NCBI GenBank assembly: GCA_965214605.1
Contig: OZ243961.1
Coordinates: 862,912-926,911, forward strand
DNA from: an uncultured Candidatus Binatia bacterium
Lineage (GTDB): Bacteria; Desulfobacterota; Binatia; Bin18
Direction: 5' to 3'
Length of the DNA stretch: 64,000 nt
Below are positions 1 through 9,416 of this stretch, in pieces. Numbering within the stretch: the first letter of the stretch is position 1; each line of letters opens with the position of its first letter. The notes under the pieces are model-generated. The model was not told the origin of the DNA and did no database searches. It saw nothing but the letters and a program-made list of their open reading frames with translations. The position numbers and the translations under genes were made by a program.

Positions 1-399
1 CACTCCGATACGGCTGTCGGGCGTGCAGTAGCGTAAATCGCAGGCCAGAGCCAGTGCCGCACCACCGCCAACCGCCACCCCCTCAATGGCGGCAATAGTC
101 GGCTTGTTGACCGCCTCGACCCGACGCAGGACACGCTCCAGCCGGCCTTCGTAGTCAATCGCGTCGTCCGGCGTCTGAAAGGCTTGAAACTGGCCAATAT
201 CCGTTCCCGCCACAAACGCCTTCCCCCCGGCCCCACGAACAATCAGCACCCGGATATCGGACTCGGCATCGGTCTGCTCACACGCCTCGAGCAGGCCGTC
301 ATACATGGCCCAGGTCATAGCATTCCGAAACTCCGGCCGGTTAAAGGTTACCAGCGCAACCGCCCCCTGTCGCTCAAACAAAATCTCAGCTTGGCTCAC
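1..399 (-). CDS. enoyl-CoA hydratase/isomerase (crotonase) family protein, N-terminal part only (gene runs off the window start)
   Basis: Reverse translation from GTG at 397-399 reads VSQAEILFERQGAVALVTFNRPEFRNAMTW...IRVLIVRGAGGKAFVAGTDI...AAIEGVAVGGGAALALACDLRY, a typical crotonase fold. GGAGGAGG lies just upstream. Missing from the ORF track because the window edge truncates it. Confidence 0.8.
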   Translation of the reverse strand, partial: MSQAEILFERQGAVALVTFNRPEFRNAMTWAMYDGLLEACEQTDAESDIRVLIVRGAGGKAFVAGTDIGQFQAFQTPDDAIDYEGRLERVLRRVEAVNKPTIAAIEGVAVGGGAALALACDLRYCTPDSRIGV

Positions 400-449
400 G
401 CGCCTCCTCCCCTGTTTAGACTTCCTGACTGTTCGCTGCCCGACCTCCA

Positions 450-1379
450 TTGTCCAACCCTGTTTCTTCCGATACTGCCTCAGCCATGCATTTTTTCAAC
501 ACGCCGCTCGGCCGACTCGTTCTGACGAGTATCGGTGTAGTGGCGATCTCGACCGCGGCGCCGCTGATCAAACTCATCCCCGAGGTGCCGAGTATGCTGG
601 TGGCAGCCTATCGGCTCGGCTTTGCCAGCCTGCTCCTGCTGCCGATCGGCTGGAGGCGGCGCCAAACGGTGACCGTCAGCCGCAAACAGAGCGCCCTGAT
701 GCTCGGAGCCGGTCTGTGCCTCGCGCTTCACTTTGTCAGCTGGATTGCCTCACTGCGCTACACCTCGGTTGCCAGTTCCGTCGTCCTGGTCACGCTCACC
801 CCCCTGCTCCTCCCCCCGGCCGCCTACCTGATCTGGGGCGAACGGTTGACCCGTCTGCTCATCATCGGCATCGGCCTGGCCACCATTGGTATCGGGTGCA
901 TTGCCTGGAACGATTTTCAGCTCAGCCCGCCACAAGCTCTGTTCGGCGACCTGCTGGCCGCAGGAGGGGCGGTCATGATGTCGGCCTATCTGGTATGCGG
1001 GCGGCTGGCCCGGCCGACCGTCCCCCTGCCGCTGTACGTCGGCCTGGTGTACACCTGTGCGGCACTCTTGTTGTGGACGGGGTGCCTGCTCAGCCCGGTG
1101 TCCATCCTCGGCTATCCCGGGTCGGCCTATCTGGTCTTGCTGCTGCTGGGCCTCGGTCCCCAGCTCATCGGCCACACGATTGTGAACTGGGCACTGGCCT
1201 ACCTCTCGCCGACCATTGTCGCCGTCACCCTGTTGGCTGAGCCGCTGGGCGCCTCTGTCCTGGCCTGGGTGTGGCTCGGCGAGTCGGTGTCGTGGCTCCA
1301 GGGATGTGGCGGCGTCCTCATTCTGGCCGGGATCAGTCTGGCCAACTATCAGGCTCAGCACGCCGCAACACCAGGATGA
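450..1379 (+). CDS. DMT superfamily (EamA-like) permease
   Basis: 309-aa ORF, hydrophobic throughout with about 10 predicted TM helices and the duplicated EamA-type architecture. Start is uncertain: TTG at 450 or ATG at 486. Confidence 0.75.
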   Translation: MSNPVSSDTASAMHFFNTPLGRLVLTSIGVVAISTAAPLIKLIPEVPSMLVAAYRLGFASLLLLPIGWRRRQTVTVSRKQSALMLGAGLCLALHFVSWIASLRYTSVASSVVLVTLTPLLLPPAAYLIWGERLTRLLIIGIGLATIGIGCIAWNDFQLSPPQALFGDLLAAGGAVMMSAYLVCGRLARPTVPLPLYVGLVYTCAALLLWTGCLLSPVSILGYPGSAYLVLLLLGLGPQLIGHTIVNWALAYLSPTIVAVTLLAEPLGASVLAWVWLGESVSWLQGCGGVLILAGISLANYQAQHAATPG

Positions 1380-1992
1380 GCAAGACAAAGGCCACGGCGC
1401 CCAGCAGCTCAAACGCCTCTTCAATATATGGATCTTTGGTGGCCCGGTCATAGATCTGAATCCCCCAATCACGCTGAAAAGCGGTCGCCTTATCCCAGAT
1501 TTGAGCCAGTCCAAAACACACCAGGGTCAGCCCACCCCACACCACGCTTGGAGTCTGGTTGTACCGCCGCAGCATGGCCACGAGCGTCGGTCCTCGCCAC
1601 ACCATATAGCCGCCCCAGGCCAGGCTCAGCCCAAGCGAGGGCAGACCAAGGATCACCTTGTTTGTCAGCGGCACACTGTCCCGAAACAAATAGGCCCACG
1701 AAAACATCCGATCCTCAAAAAACTCCTGATCCAGATCCAACTCTCGCCAAAAAAAGAAGAACGCAAAGCCCAGAACAAAAACCCAAAACGTGCGTGTCTG
1801 TCCCTCGGCCCGCCACAAGCTCAGCAGGCTTAAGGCGAAAGCCCAGCCTAGCAGCACGGCCTGGACGTTTTGAAACAGCCCGTACTCCTGCATACTGAGC
1901 CATTCCTCGGCCCCGAGCAGACCTAGCACAAGAGTTACCACGCCACAGCCCACAAAGACGGAGAGCTGAGGGCCGGGGATTTTTCTTGACAA
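1333..1992 (-). CDS. hypothetical integral membrane protein
   Basis: 219-aa ORF with several hydrophobic helices. Its 3' end converges on and slightly overlaps the DMT gene. No family recognised. Confidence 0.55.
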   Translation of the reverse strand: MSRKIPGPQLSVFVGCGVVTLVLGLLGAEEWLSMQEYGLFQNVQAVLLGWAFALSLLSLWRAEGQTRTFWVFVLGFAFFFFWRELDLDQEFFEDRMFSWAYLFRDSVPLTNKVILGLPSLGLSLAWGGYMVWRGPTLVAMLRRYNQTPSVVWGGLTLVCFGLAQIWDKATAFQRDWGIQIYDRATKDPYIEEAFELLGAVAFVLLILVLRRAEPDSWPD

Positions 1993-2044
1993 AACCGCCC
2001 CCTCCTCGCACTATGCGAGCATAACAGAAAGGACGGGAGGCCGT

Positions 2045-2455
2045 ATGTCAAGCGAACACAACAAAGCTATTGTCCGAAAAGCCATTGACGCTCTCAGCCG
2101 TGGAGACATGGCCGGCTTTATGGCCGATGCCGCCGACGAGGTGTCCTTTACCCTGATCGGCTCCACCCCGCTGTCGGGAACAATTCAGGGCAAGCGTACT
2201 ATTGAGCAGGGTCTGACCAACATTCTGGGCCAACGCCTTGAAGGCGGCGCGATCGCGATGACGATCCAAAACCTGATTGCCGACGGCGAATACGTGGCCG
2301 AGCAGGCCACCGGCGTGTCCCACACCCACACCGGCAAGGACTACAACAACACCTACTGCCGAGTCTGGCGTATCGTGGACGGGAAAATTCACTCCCTGAC
2401 CGAATACCTCGACACCGAACTTGTCCGTGACGCGCTGTGTGACGAGGAGCGCTAG
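2045..2455 (+). CDS. SnoaL-like / NTF2-fold (ketosteroid isomerase-like) protein
   Basis: 136 aa. N-terminus NKAIVRKAIDALSRGDMAGFMA and C-terminus YCRVWRIVDGKIHSLTEYLDT are the usual SnoaL-like pattern. Confidence 0.75.
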   Translation: MSSEHNKAIVRKAIDALSRGDMAGFMADAADEVSFTLIGSTPLSGTIQGKRTIEQGLTNILGQRLEGGAIAMTIQNLIADGEYVAEQATGVSHTHTGKDYNNTYCRVWRIVDGKIHSLTEYLDTELVRDALCDEER

Positions 2456-2456
2456 G

Positions 2457-3524
2457 ATGGATTTTGGGATTTGTACCGCCTCGAAAATCGACGAGATCGG
2501 CTATATTACCCACGCCGAGAACCTTGGCTATTCGCACGCCTGGATCGCTGACAGCCAGATGATCTGGTCGGACTGCTATGCGGTCTTGGCCCTGGCCGCC
2601 CAGCAGACCCGCCGGATGAAAATCGGGACCGGGGTGTCGGTTGCCGGCATCCGGCTGGCTCCGGTCACGGCAAACAGTATCGCCACCATCAACCAACTCG
2701 CCCCGGGCCGAACCTTCCTGGGTATTGGCACCGGCAATACGGCCACCCGGCTGATGGGTCACAAGCCGATGAGGCTTAAAGAGTTCGCCGATTACCTACG
2801 GGTCCTGCGCGCCCTGTTACGTGGCCAAGAAGTTGATTTCACCTGGCAGGGCCAGACCCATCCGGTCCGGTTCCTGATGCAGGACCATCAATTCATCAAC
2901 GTCGAGGAACCGATTCCGCTGTACGTGTCCGGTTTCGGTCCCAAAGCCCAGGCCCTGGCCGGCGAATACGGTGAGGGGCTAGTCATGTCGGTTCCGCCCA
3001 ACCCCGGCTTTATGCATCGCGCCCTCCGCAATGCCGAGGCTGGGGCCCGGCGCGCCGGACGACGCTTGGCGGACGACTTTTATACGGCCTCGCTGACGAC
3101 GGCGGTGATTTTGCAGCCGGGTGAATCTCTCAGCTCTGAACGCGTGCTGCGTGAGTGCGGCGCATTTGTGATCGCCTCCATCCACTATATCTACGACAAG
3201 ATTCGCCAGTTCGGCGGTGACCCGCCGGGCCATCTGCGCCAGCTGTGGGAGGAGTACAGCGCCCAGGTCGAAGCCACCCCCGAGACGCACCGGCATATGC
3301 GTATTCATGCCGGGCACTGCACCTATCTGCTGCCCGAAGAGGCCAAGTTTGTGACCCCCGAGCTTATCAAATCGACGTGTCTAGTCGGCAGTCCGGAAGC
3401 CATCATTGAACAGGTCCGCCAGCTTGAGCAGGCCGGCCTCAAGCAACTCATGCTGCTGCCGTCGTTTGAAACTCAGTACCAGGTGATTGAGGATTTTGCC
3501 CGTCAGGTGATGCACAAGCTATAA
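2457..3524 (+). CDS. LLM-class (luciferase-like) flavin/F420-dependent oxidoreductase
   Basis: MDFGICTASKIDEIGYITHAENLGYSHAWIADSQ...GTGVSVAG...FLGIGTGN is a luciferase-like TIM barrel pattern. The ATG at 2457 directly follows the upstream stop. The track ORF starts earlier (2421), inside the upstream gene. Confidence 0.8.
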   Translation: MDFGICTASKIDEIGYITHAENLGYSHAWIADSQMIWSDCYAVLALAAQQTRRMKIGTGVSVAGIRLAPVTANSIATINQLAPGRTFLGIGTGNTATRLMGHKPMRLKEFADYLRVLRALLRGQEVDFTWQGQTHPVRFLMQDHQFINVEEPIPLYVSGFGPKAQALAGEYGEGLVMSVPPNPGFMHRALRNAEAGARRAGRRLADDFYTASLTTAVILQPGESLSSERVLRECGAFVIASIHYIYDKIRQFGGDPPGHLRQLWEEYSAQVEATPETHRHMRIHAGHCTYLLPEEAKFVTPELIKSTCLVGSPEAIIEQVRQLEQAGLKQLMLLPSFETQYQVIEDFARQVMHKL

Positions 3525-3536
3525 TGGTCGCGGCAC

Positions 3537-4475
3537 TTAGAAGGCCTGGTGCAGGAGGGGTTCACCCCGCGCGTAGCGTCCCAAATTCTCCAGCCAGATG
3601 TTTGCCACGCGGGGCAGATACAGGGGGGAGGACCAGGCGTTATGCGGGGTCAAAAACAGGTTCGGCGTGTCCCACAGGGGATCGTCTTTTGGCCACGGCT
3701 CGCTGGGCAGTACGTCCAAACAGGCCTGGCCAAGCCGGCCCGAGCCCAAGGCCTCCCGCACCGCGTCAATATCCACAATGGCGCCGCGGGCAATGTTGAC
3801 CAAGGTGCTGCCCGATTTCATGAGGGCCAGCTGTGTTTTACCGATCAGCCCCTGAGTATGCGGCGTAAGCGGCAGTGCCACCACCACAAAATCCGCCTCC
3901 GGTAAAAACGCTTCCAAATCGGCCAGGGTTCCCTGCCGGTCGACCTGCTCGACCCCGGCCGCAGATCGTCTCAGCCCCAACACCTGCATGCCAAAGCCCT
4001 TGGCATAGCGCGCAATTCGGCTGCCGATCGCGCCAAGGCCAATGACCAAGAGGGTCTTGTCGCTGAGGCTTTGCAGGTCGAGCAGCCGCCATTCGTGAGC
4101 CCGCTGCTGGGCCTGTAAGTCGCCGAGCCGCTTGGCGGTCCACAGGATGAAACCCAGCGCAAATTCGGCCACCTCAGGCGCGTTGGCAGCCGGGCTGTGG
4201 GTGAGCATCACGCCCTTGGCCCGCATGGCGTCGTAGAACGGCCCATCAACGCCAGCGTCTTCGGTGTGCGCCCAGCGCAGTCCGGGCAAGGCCGACACCG
4301 TCTCGACAAAGGCTCGGCTATAGGCATCCCCGGCCAGGACAATCAGCTCACACTCATCGGGTGGGGCCGACCACACTCCGTCCGGCTCAAGCAAGGCCCA
4401 GCCAATATCCGACACAATGCGTTGGGCCGCAGTCCCATAGCGTTCATAAAAGCCACGTCCGGTTGCTACTTTCAT
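3537..4475 (-). CDS. D-isomer-specific 2-hydroxyacid dehydrogenase family protein
   Basis: NAD-binding motif VIGLGAIGSRIA plus downstream LVNIARG and TPH motifs. Start placed at the internal ATG (MKVATGRG), which is preceded by GGGAGGAGAGG. Confidence 0.85.
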   Translation of the reverse strand: MKVATGRGFYERYGTAAQRIVSDIGWALLEPDGVWSAPPDECELIVLAGDAYSRAFVETVSALPGLRWAHTEDAGVDGPFYDAMRAKGVMLTHSPAANAPEVAEFALGFILWTAKRLGDLQAQQRAHEWRLLDLQSLSDKTLLVIGLGAIGSRIARYAKGFGMQVLGLRRSAAGVEQVDRQGTLADLEAFLPEADFVVVALPLTPHTQGLIGKTQLALMKSGSTLVNIARGAIVDIDAVREALGSGRLGQACLDVLPSEPWPKDDPLWDTPNLFLTPHNAWSSPLYLPRVANIWLENLGRYARGEPLLHQAF

Positions 4476-5264
4476 ACGCCTCTCCTCCCGTGCTGATTCC
4501 GACCCGCTCTCAGACGTCCGCGCGGAGCACTGCGGGCGGCATTGCCGCATTCGCCGCTACTGTCCCATTGAAATCAACGCCAAGCCAAAGCGGTAAGGAT
4601 TCAGCCACAGGGTTTCACCATACCTGGAGCACGCCGCCCAGCAAAGGAGATGTTGTTTCAAGCCGTCTCCGGCAGGGGCCGGTAAGCTCGAAACTTATTC
4701 CCATTGTGTTATATCCGAGTCTAGGATGCCAGGTCCGGCGGGCTATGCACTCATGAAGACGGCTCCCGGTCATGCTCATAACAGCGTTCGGCTGCGCCCG
4801 GAGCGTGTCCCAGGACTCGTTCTTCTGCGGCTTTCGGCGTTTGGGCCGCCTCGCTCAGCTGGCCCCTAGCGTTGCTGAACAGAGCCGTAATACGGCAGTA
4901 CGCTTATGGGCCCCGGTCGGAGCGTGTATCATGGGCGAACACTTATGACCGGCGGCTTACTCGCCGTCGGTCTTCTCCCAGAGGTGTCGTCGCAGATCGC
5001 TAGTCCGGCCCTATTTTATCCGCGCCCTCCGGCTGGGGCGCGGGGTCCCATACTGTCCAATCCCGTCTTCATCGTGCTCACTCCAACCTTCCATAAGAGT
5101 CGGCCGTTTGGGGGAGCGTCCGTATTTGACGTTTTCTCGGCAGTGTCGGATGCTTTCGGCTGATATTCCCAACAAATGGCGTTGGGTAAGGAGCTTGGCT
5201 ACGGCGCGCTCCGGGTTTTCCTCCTTACGGCAATCGGCACTGTAGCAGCTTTCTCCTAGAAAAC

Positions 5265-5296
5265 TCTTGTCGCTCATTCCGGCCTGAGCGACAAGA
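5265..5296. other. perfect 12-bp stem / 8-nt loop inverted repeat inside the ORF-poor gap
   Basis: 5265-5276 tcttgtcgctca pairs perfectly with 5285-5296 tgagcgacaaga; the loop is ttccggcc. On the minus strand it is followed by AGTTTTCT, so it could be an intrinsic terminator downstream of nudC. Confidence 0.6.
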
Positions 5297-5963
5297 ACAG
5301 GCCTCGGCAACGTGTCGCAAACAGTAGGGGTGTAGAGGCGGCAGCTATTGCCCGGGCAGAGATGATTCCGAGTCAGCCTGTAGATTCCGTTGTAGGGTTT
5401 GGTCATTCCGGCCTGGGCCGGCGACATAACTATAGACTCCATTACGAGTTCGATGTCCCCTCAGAAGAACGAGTCACGGGGGAGCCCTCCTCACAGGCGG
5501 CTTCGGCAAGCGGCTTCTCTTCCGTCCGGATTTCGCAGCGGTCAATCGGCTTCTTCCGATCCTCCCCACCTTATCTCTACAGCCGTCCCATTGGGGAGGC
5601 ATACCCCGGGGTCGCCGGGAGATAAGCTCGGTTCCGCAGAGACGCGTGTCGGCCCAAGCCCATCCCCTGAGACGGCTCTATCCAAGGCGACAACCACGCC
5701 GTTTTCCTCGGCCCATCCACGCCTTTGCCGGTTGCCGGTCGGGTCCATCCGCTGCTTCCCCCCGCAATCCCGGTGTCTTTCGGGTGAAATGGACCCCGCG
5801 CGCCAAACGCCCTCTCCAGCGATCGGGCCGTCACACGTTATCCTACCTAGCAGCGTCCCGCGAGTCACCAAGACGCCTGTTGTCTCGCTAGATGAAGATG
5901 CAGTTTAGGCCGCGTCATCCCCAAGCGGCCCCGTTGGCGCGCTGCGGCCCGACAGTCGCCGCT

Positions 5964-6833
5964 TCACGGGCGGGCGGAAGAGGGCTGTTTTTTCCGCCCC
6001 TGCTTTTCCACAAACCTATCAATCAGCCGCCGGGCAATGCTGATCCGCCCTGGGATGGACGGCAGGGTATCCACGGTAAACCAGCCCGCCTCGGCAATCT
6101 CGACCGGGTCGGGCGTGATCTCGCCGGCGAGGTACTCGGCGCTAAATCCCAGCATCAAGGAGTTTGGAAACGGCCACGGCTGGCTGGCCACATAGCGCAC
6201 CTTGCCGACGGTGATCCCGACTTCTTCGCGGACTTCCCGCACGACGCACTCCTCAATGGTCTCACCCGGCTCAACAAACCCGGCTAGGACGCTGTACAGG
6301 CCGGTGGGAAAACGCGATGAGCGGGCCAGCAGCAGTTCGCTCCCCTTCTCGACCGCCATAATAACCGCCGGCGACAAACGCGGGAAATTCGTCAACTTGC
6401 ACTCGGGGCAGGCTTTCGCCCGCTCATTGCCCTTGGTGTAGGTTTTGCCGCCACACTGACCGCAGTATTGGTGGGTGCGGTCCCACTCCACAATCTGAAC
6501 CGCCCGTCCGGCCAAGACAAACAGGTCTTCGTCCAGCGAACTGTACACCTGGCGCAAATCCCTGAAGTCCATGCCGCTGGGAGCGATCTCTTCCACCACG
6601 TCCACCCCGTAACACGGCCGCTCCTCATAGCGACCAAGATAGTGCTGCTGTTTAGCGGTCACTCCGAGTTCTTCCAGACGCTCGGCATACGGGACGGCGA
6701 GGCCGCGGTCTGTCACGTGGACGAGCAGGCGGTTGCGGTGGAAGGCAAACCACCACGCCGCCCCTGATATCCCCGGTGGAGGAGTGACCTCGGAAATAAA
6801 CGATTTTTGCATGCCAAACATGTGGTCTGCCAT
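5964..6833 (-). CDS. nudC: NAD+ diphosphatase (NADH pyrophosphatase), Nudix family with zinc ribbon
   Basis: Zinc ribbon CGQCGG...CPEC followed by the Nudix box GFVEPGETIEECVVREVREEVG. Start set at the internal ATG (MADHMFGMQ...) at 6833. Confidence 0.85.
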   Translation of the reverse strand: MADHMFGMQKSFISEVTPPPGISGAAWWFAFHRNRLLVHVTDRGLAVPYAERLEELGVTAKQQHYLGRYEERPCYGVDVVEEIAPSGMDFRDLRQVYSSLDEDLFVLAGRAVQIVEWDRTHQYCGQCGGKTYTKGNERAKACPECKLTNFPRLSPAVIMAVEKGSELLLARSSRFPTGLYSVLAGFVEPGETIEECVVREVREEVGITVGKVRYVASQPWPFPNSLMLGFSAEYLAGEITPDPVEIAEAGWFTVDTLPSIPGRISIARRLIDRFVEKQGRKKQPSSARP

Positions 6834-6983
6834 AACTGGGGTCCTCTCATCTCGTTGGTCGTTTGAGCATAGCAAACACGGCGGGCGATGTCCCGGTCCG
6901 TCCAAGCGTTGAGTTCTGCCGGGCGTCTCGTTATGTAGAGAGCGCTCAGGATTCCAAGATTCTGTTGTATCAGGGAGGACGTC

Positions 6984-8165
6984 ATGCACTCACTCAAAGA
7001 TCAGGCGTGTATTACGGGTGTCGGAGAGACCGCCTATACCCGTGGCACCGATAAAAAAGAGTTCCCCCTCATGTTGGAGGCCTCAATGAACGCCATTGCC
7101 GACGCCGGCCTCAGTCCCCATGACATCGACGGCATCATTCCGCCCCCGACCCCGTTTGCCACGGCCGAGCATTTTGCGGCCAATCTCGGCATTGAAGATA
7201 TGCGCTACGCCGCCACAGTGCATATGGGCGGTGCCAGCTCGGTTACGGCCCTCCAAAATGCGGCCTTAGCCGTGGCCTGCGGTGTGGCCAAACACGTGCT
7301 GATTCCATTTGGCTGGAAAGGTTATTCGGGGGCTCGGGTCCGGAGCCTAGGCAGCGACAAGGGCAGCAGTATGAGCGGTGCCCTCGGCGCGCTGATGACC
7401 ACCATCACCGAATACTATCTGCCCTTTGGTGCCTCGGTTCCGGTCCAATGGTACGCCTGGATGGCCACCCGTCACAAGGCGCTGTACAACGTTCCGGACG
7501 AGACGACCGGGGCTATTGCCATTGCTTCACGCAAGCACGCCCAGCTCAACGACAAAGCCTATATGTGTGGCCGTCCACTGACGATGGAGGATTATTTGAA
7601 CTCGCGTTGGGTGGCCAAACCGTTTCGTCTGTTTGACTGTTGCCTCGAGACGGACGGCGCCTGCGCGGTGGTGATCTCGGCCGCCGAACAAGCCGCCGAT
7701 TGTCAACACACTCCGGTCTATATTTCAGGTCTGGCCGAAGGTCACCCCTACCCGGCCGACGATATTCCGGCCCGGCCTGACCCGTTCAAGATTGGACTCA
7801 GCTTTGCCACCCCTAAGGCTCTGCAGATGGCCGAAATCGACCGCGGCGATCTTGACTTCATCGAGGTCTACGACTGCTTTACCTATGTCGTGCTGCTCCA
7901 ACTTGAAGCCCTAGGTTTGTGTCAGCGGGGCGAAGGCGCCGACTTTGTGAAAGACGGCCGTCTGGAACTTGGCGGTGAGCTGCCGATGAACACCCATGGC
8001 GGACTGCACTCAGAAGCGCACGTGGCCGGCCTCAATCACGTGGTCGAGGCCACCCGTCAGCTACGCCACGAGTGCGGCCAGCGGCAGGTGCCAAACGCCC
8101 AAGTCGGGCTGGTGACCGGCTGGGGTGACTTTGGAGACGGCAGTTTGGCCGTTCTGCGGCGCTGA
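6984..8165 (+). CDS. thiolase-fold protein (SCP-x / lipid-transfer type acetyl-CoA acetyltransferase-like)
   Basis: 393 aa. ACITGVGETAYTRG at the N-terminus, CCLETDGACAVV, and NTHGGLHSEAHVAG near the C-terminus. Confidence 0.8.
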   Translation: MHSLKDQACITGVGETAYTRGTDKKEFPLMLEASMNAIADAGLSPHDIDGIIPPPTPFATAEHFAANLGIEDMRYAATVHMGGASSVTALQNAALAVACGVAKHVLIPFGWKGYSGARVRSLGSDKGSSMSGALGALMTTITEYYLPFGASVPVQWYAWMATRHKALYNVPDETTGAIAIASRKHAQLNDKAYMCGRPLTMEDYLNSRWVAKPFRLFDCCLETDGACAVVISAAEQAADCQHTPVYISGLAEGHPYPADDIPARPDPFKIGLSFATPKALQMAEIDRGDLDFIEVYDCFTYVVLLQLEALGLCQRGEGADFVKDGRLELGGELPMNTHGGLHSEAHVAGLNHVVEATRQLRHECGQRQVPNAQVGLVTGWGDFGDGSLAVLRR

Positions 8166-8231
8166 CAGTCCTGAAAGACCGGTTCCGTTCGGTCTGACCC
8201 TGGAACGACAACGCCCGAAGGAGAAGCCCGC

Positions 8232-9188
8232 GTGCCTATTCCACCCCAATTCGATGACCGTGTATGTCTGCCCCTGATTGCCGCCCCGATGTTCTTGGTT
8301 TCCGGCCCGGAGCTGGTCATTGAAACCTGCCAGGCCGGCGTTATTGGCGCCTTCCCAACCGCCAACTGTCGCAGCGTCGAGCAGCTAGACGACTGGTTTA
8401 CCCAGATTACCCGGCGGCTCAGCGATTTCCGTTCCGCCCACCCAGACCAGCCTGTTGCGCCGCCGTGCGCCAACCTGATTGTGCATCGCTCAAACCCGCG
8501 TCTCGGGGACGACCTGGAGCTGGTCAGAAAGCACCGGATTGAGCTTATTATTGCCAGTGTCGGTAGCCCGCACAATATCATCGAACCCATTCATGACTAT
8601 GGCGGTGTGGTCTATGCAGACGTGGCCAGCATGCGCCACGTCGAAAAAGCGTTGGCCGCTGGCTCGGACGGCCTGGTTCTACTCACAGCTGGTGCTGGAG
8701 GCCAGACCGGTTGGGCCAACCCCCTCGCCTTTGTCCGACAGGTCCGGGAAGTCTTTGACGGCCCGGTGGTCCTGGCCGGCGGAGTGGCCGACGGCACGGC
8801 GCTCTATGCAGCCGAAGTGCTGGGCTGCAACCTGGCCTACATGGGAACGCGCTTTATCGCCACCCAGGAAAGTATGGCTCCTGAAGCCTACAAACAGCTG
8901 ATTGTCGGTACGACCATGGACGGCATCACACTGACCAAAGCCTTTAGCGGCTTGGAAACCAACATGATTCGACAGTCAATCGAAGCCGCCGGACTCGACC
9001 CGGACAACTTACCCGAGCGAGGGATGATCGATGTGTCAAAAGACCTCGATCCCGGTAACCAGGATAAGAAGCGCTACCGCGATATCTGGAGCGCCGGACA
9101 CACTGCCGGTTCTATTCACGATGTGCCGGGTGTTCGGAATTTGGTCGCGCGGCTCCGCAAGGAATATGAAGCGGCAAGAGCCGGCTAG
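8232..9188 (+). CDS. nitronate monooxygenase (2-nitropropane dioxygenase / FabK-like) family protein
   Basis: IAAPMFLVSGPELV...GVIGAFP..., LLTAGAGGQTG and GVADG..YMGTRF motifs of the NMO TIM barrel. GTG start. Confidence 0.8.
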   Translation: MPIPPQFDDRVCLPLIAAPMFLVSGPELVIETCQAGVIGAFPTANCRSVEQLDDWFTQITRRLSDFRSAHPDQPVAPPCANLIVHRSNPRLGDDLELVRKHRIELIIASVGSPHNIIEPIHDYGGVVYADVASMRHVEKALAAGSDGLVLLTAGAGGQTGWANPLAFVRQVREVFDGPVVLAGGVADGTALYAAEVLGCNLAYMGTRFIATQESMAPEAYKQLIVGTTMDGITLTKAFSGLETNMIRQSIEAAGLDPDNLPERGMIDVSKDLDPGNQDKKRYRDIWSAGHTAGSIHDVPGVRNLVARLRKEYEAARAG

Positions 9189-9416
9189 GCCTTCACAAAA
9201 ATATGGAGAGCGGCCGAGAGGGTGTAGATGACGACAAGAACAGCATTCCTGTCTCGCCCGCCAATACTGACAGCGTGCTCCTGCCTCTGGTCTTGCCGAT
9301 CACTTAGCCGATATCACTGCCCAAACCGCGGGTATCACGATCAAAGCCCACCGTCATGATTGTCCCGGCATACGCATTGGCTTGCGAGAGGAGCCACCAG
9401 CAGGCACCATAGGGGC

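Noticed and set aside
305-1240. 311-aa alternative-frame ORF overlapping the DMT transporter gene
   Set aside because: It is an Arg/Pro-rich out-of-frame translation. The overlapping frame gives a coherent multi-TM protein.
5011-5442. 143-aa minus-strand ORF as a real gene (HTH-like stretch LLGISAESIRHCRENV)
   Set aside because: Its N-terminal half is the translation of two copies of a palindromic repeat unit (..AQAGMT.. and ..AQAGMS..), and a strong hairpin lies inside it. The composition is not protein-like and no family is recognised. It is kept only as part of the unexplained-gap finding.
4551-5963. RNase P RNA, tmRNA, SRP RNA or group II intron in the ORF-poor gap
   Set aside because: The matches are short and wrongly spaced. 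On the minus strand, GAGGAAAACGGC and GGAACCGAGCTTATC are only about 70 nt apart, against about 300 nt in RNase P. CCAGGTCCGG lacks the following GGAAGCAGC of SRP RNA. There is no T-arm/CCA tmRNA end, no GTGCG 5' end and no domain V hairpin. None is supportable without a covariance-model search.
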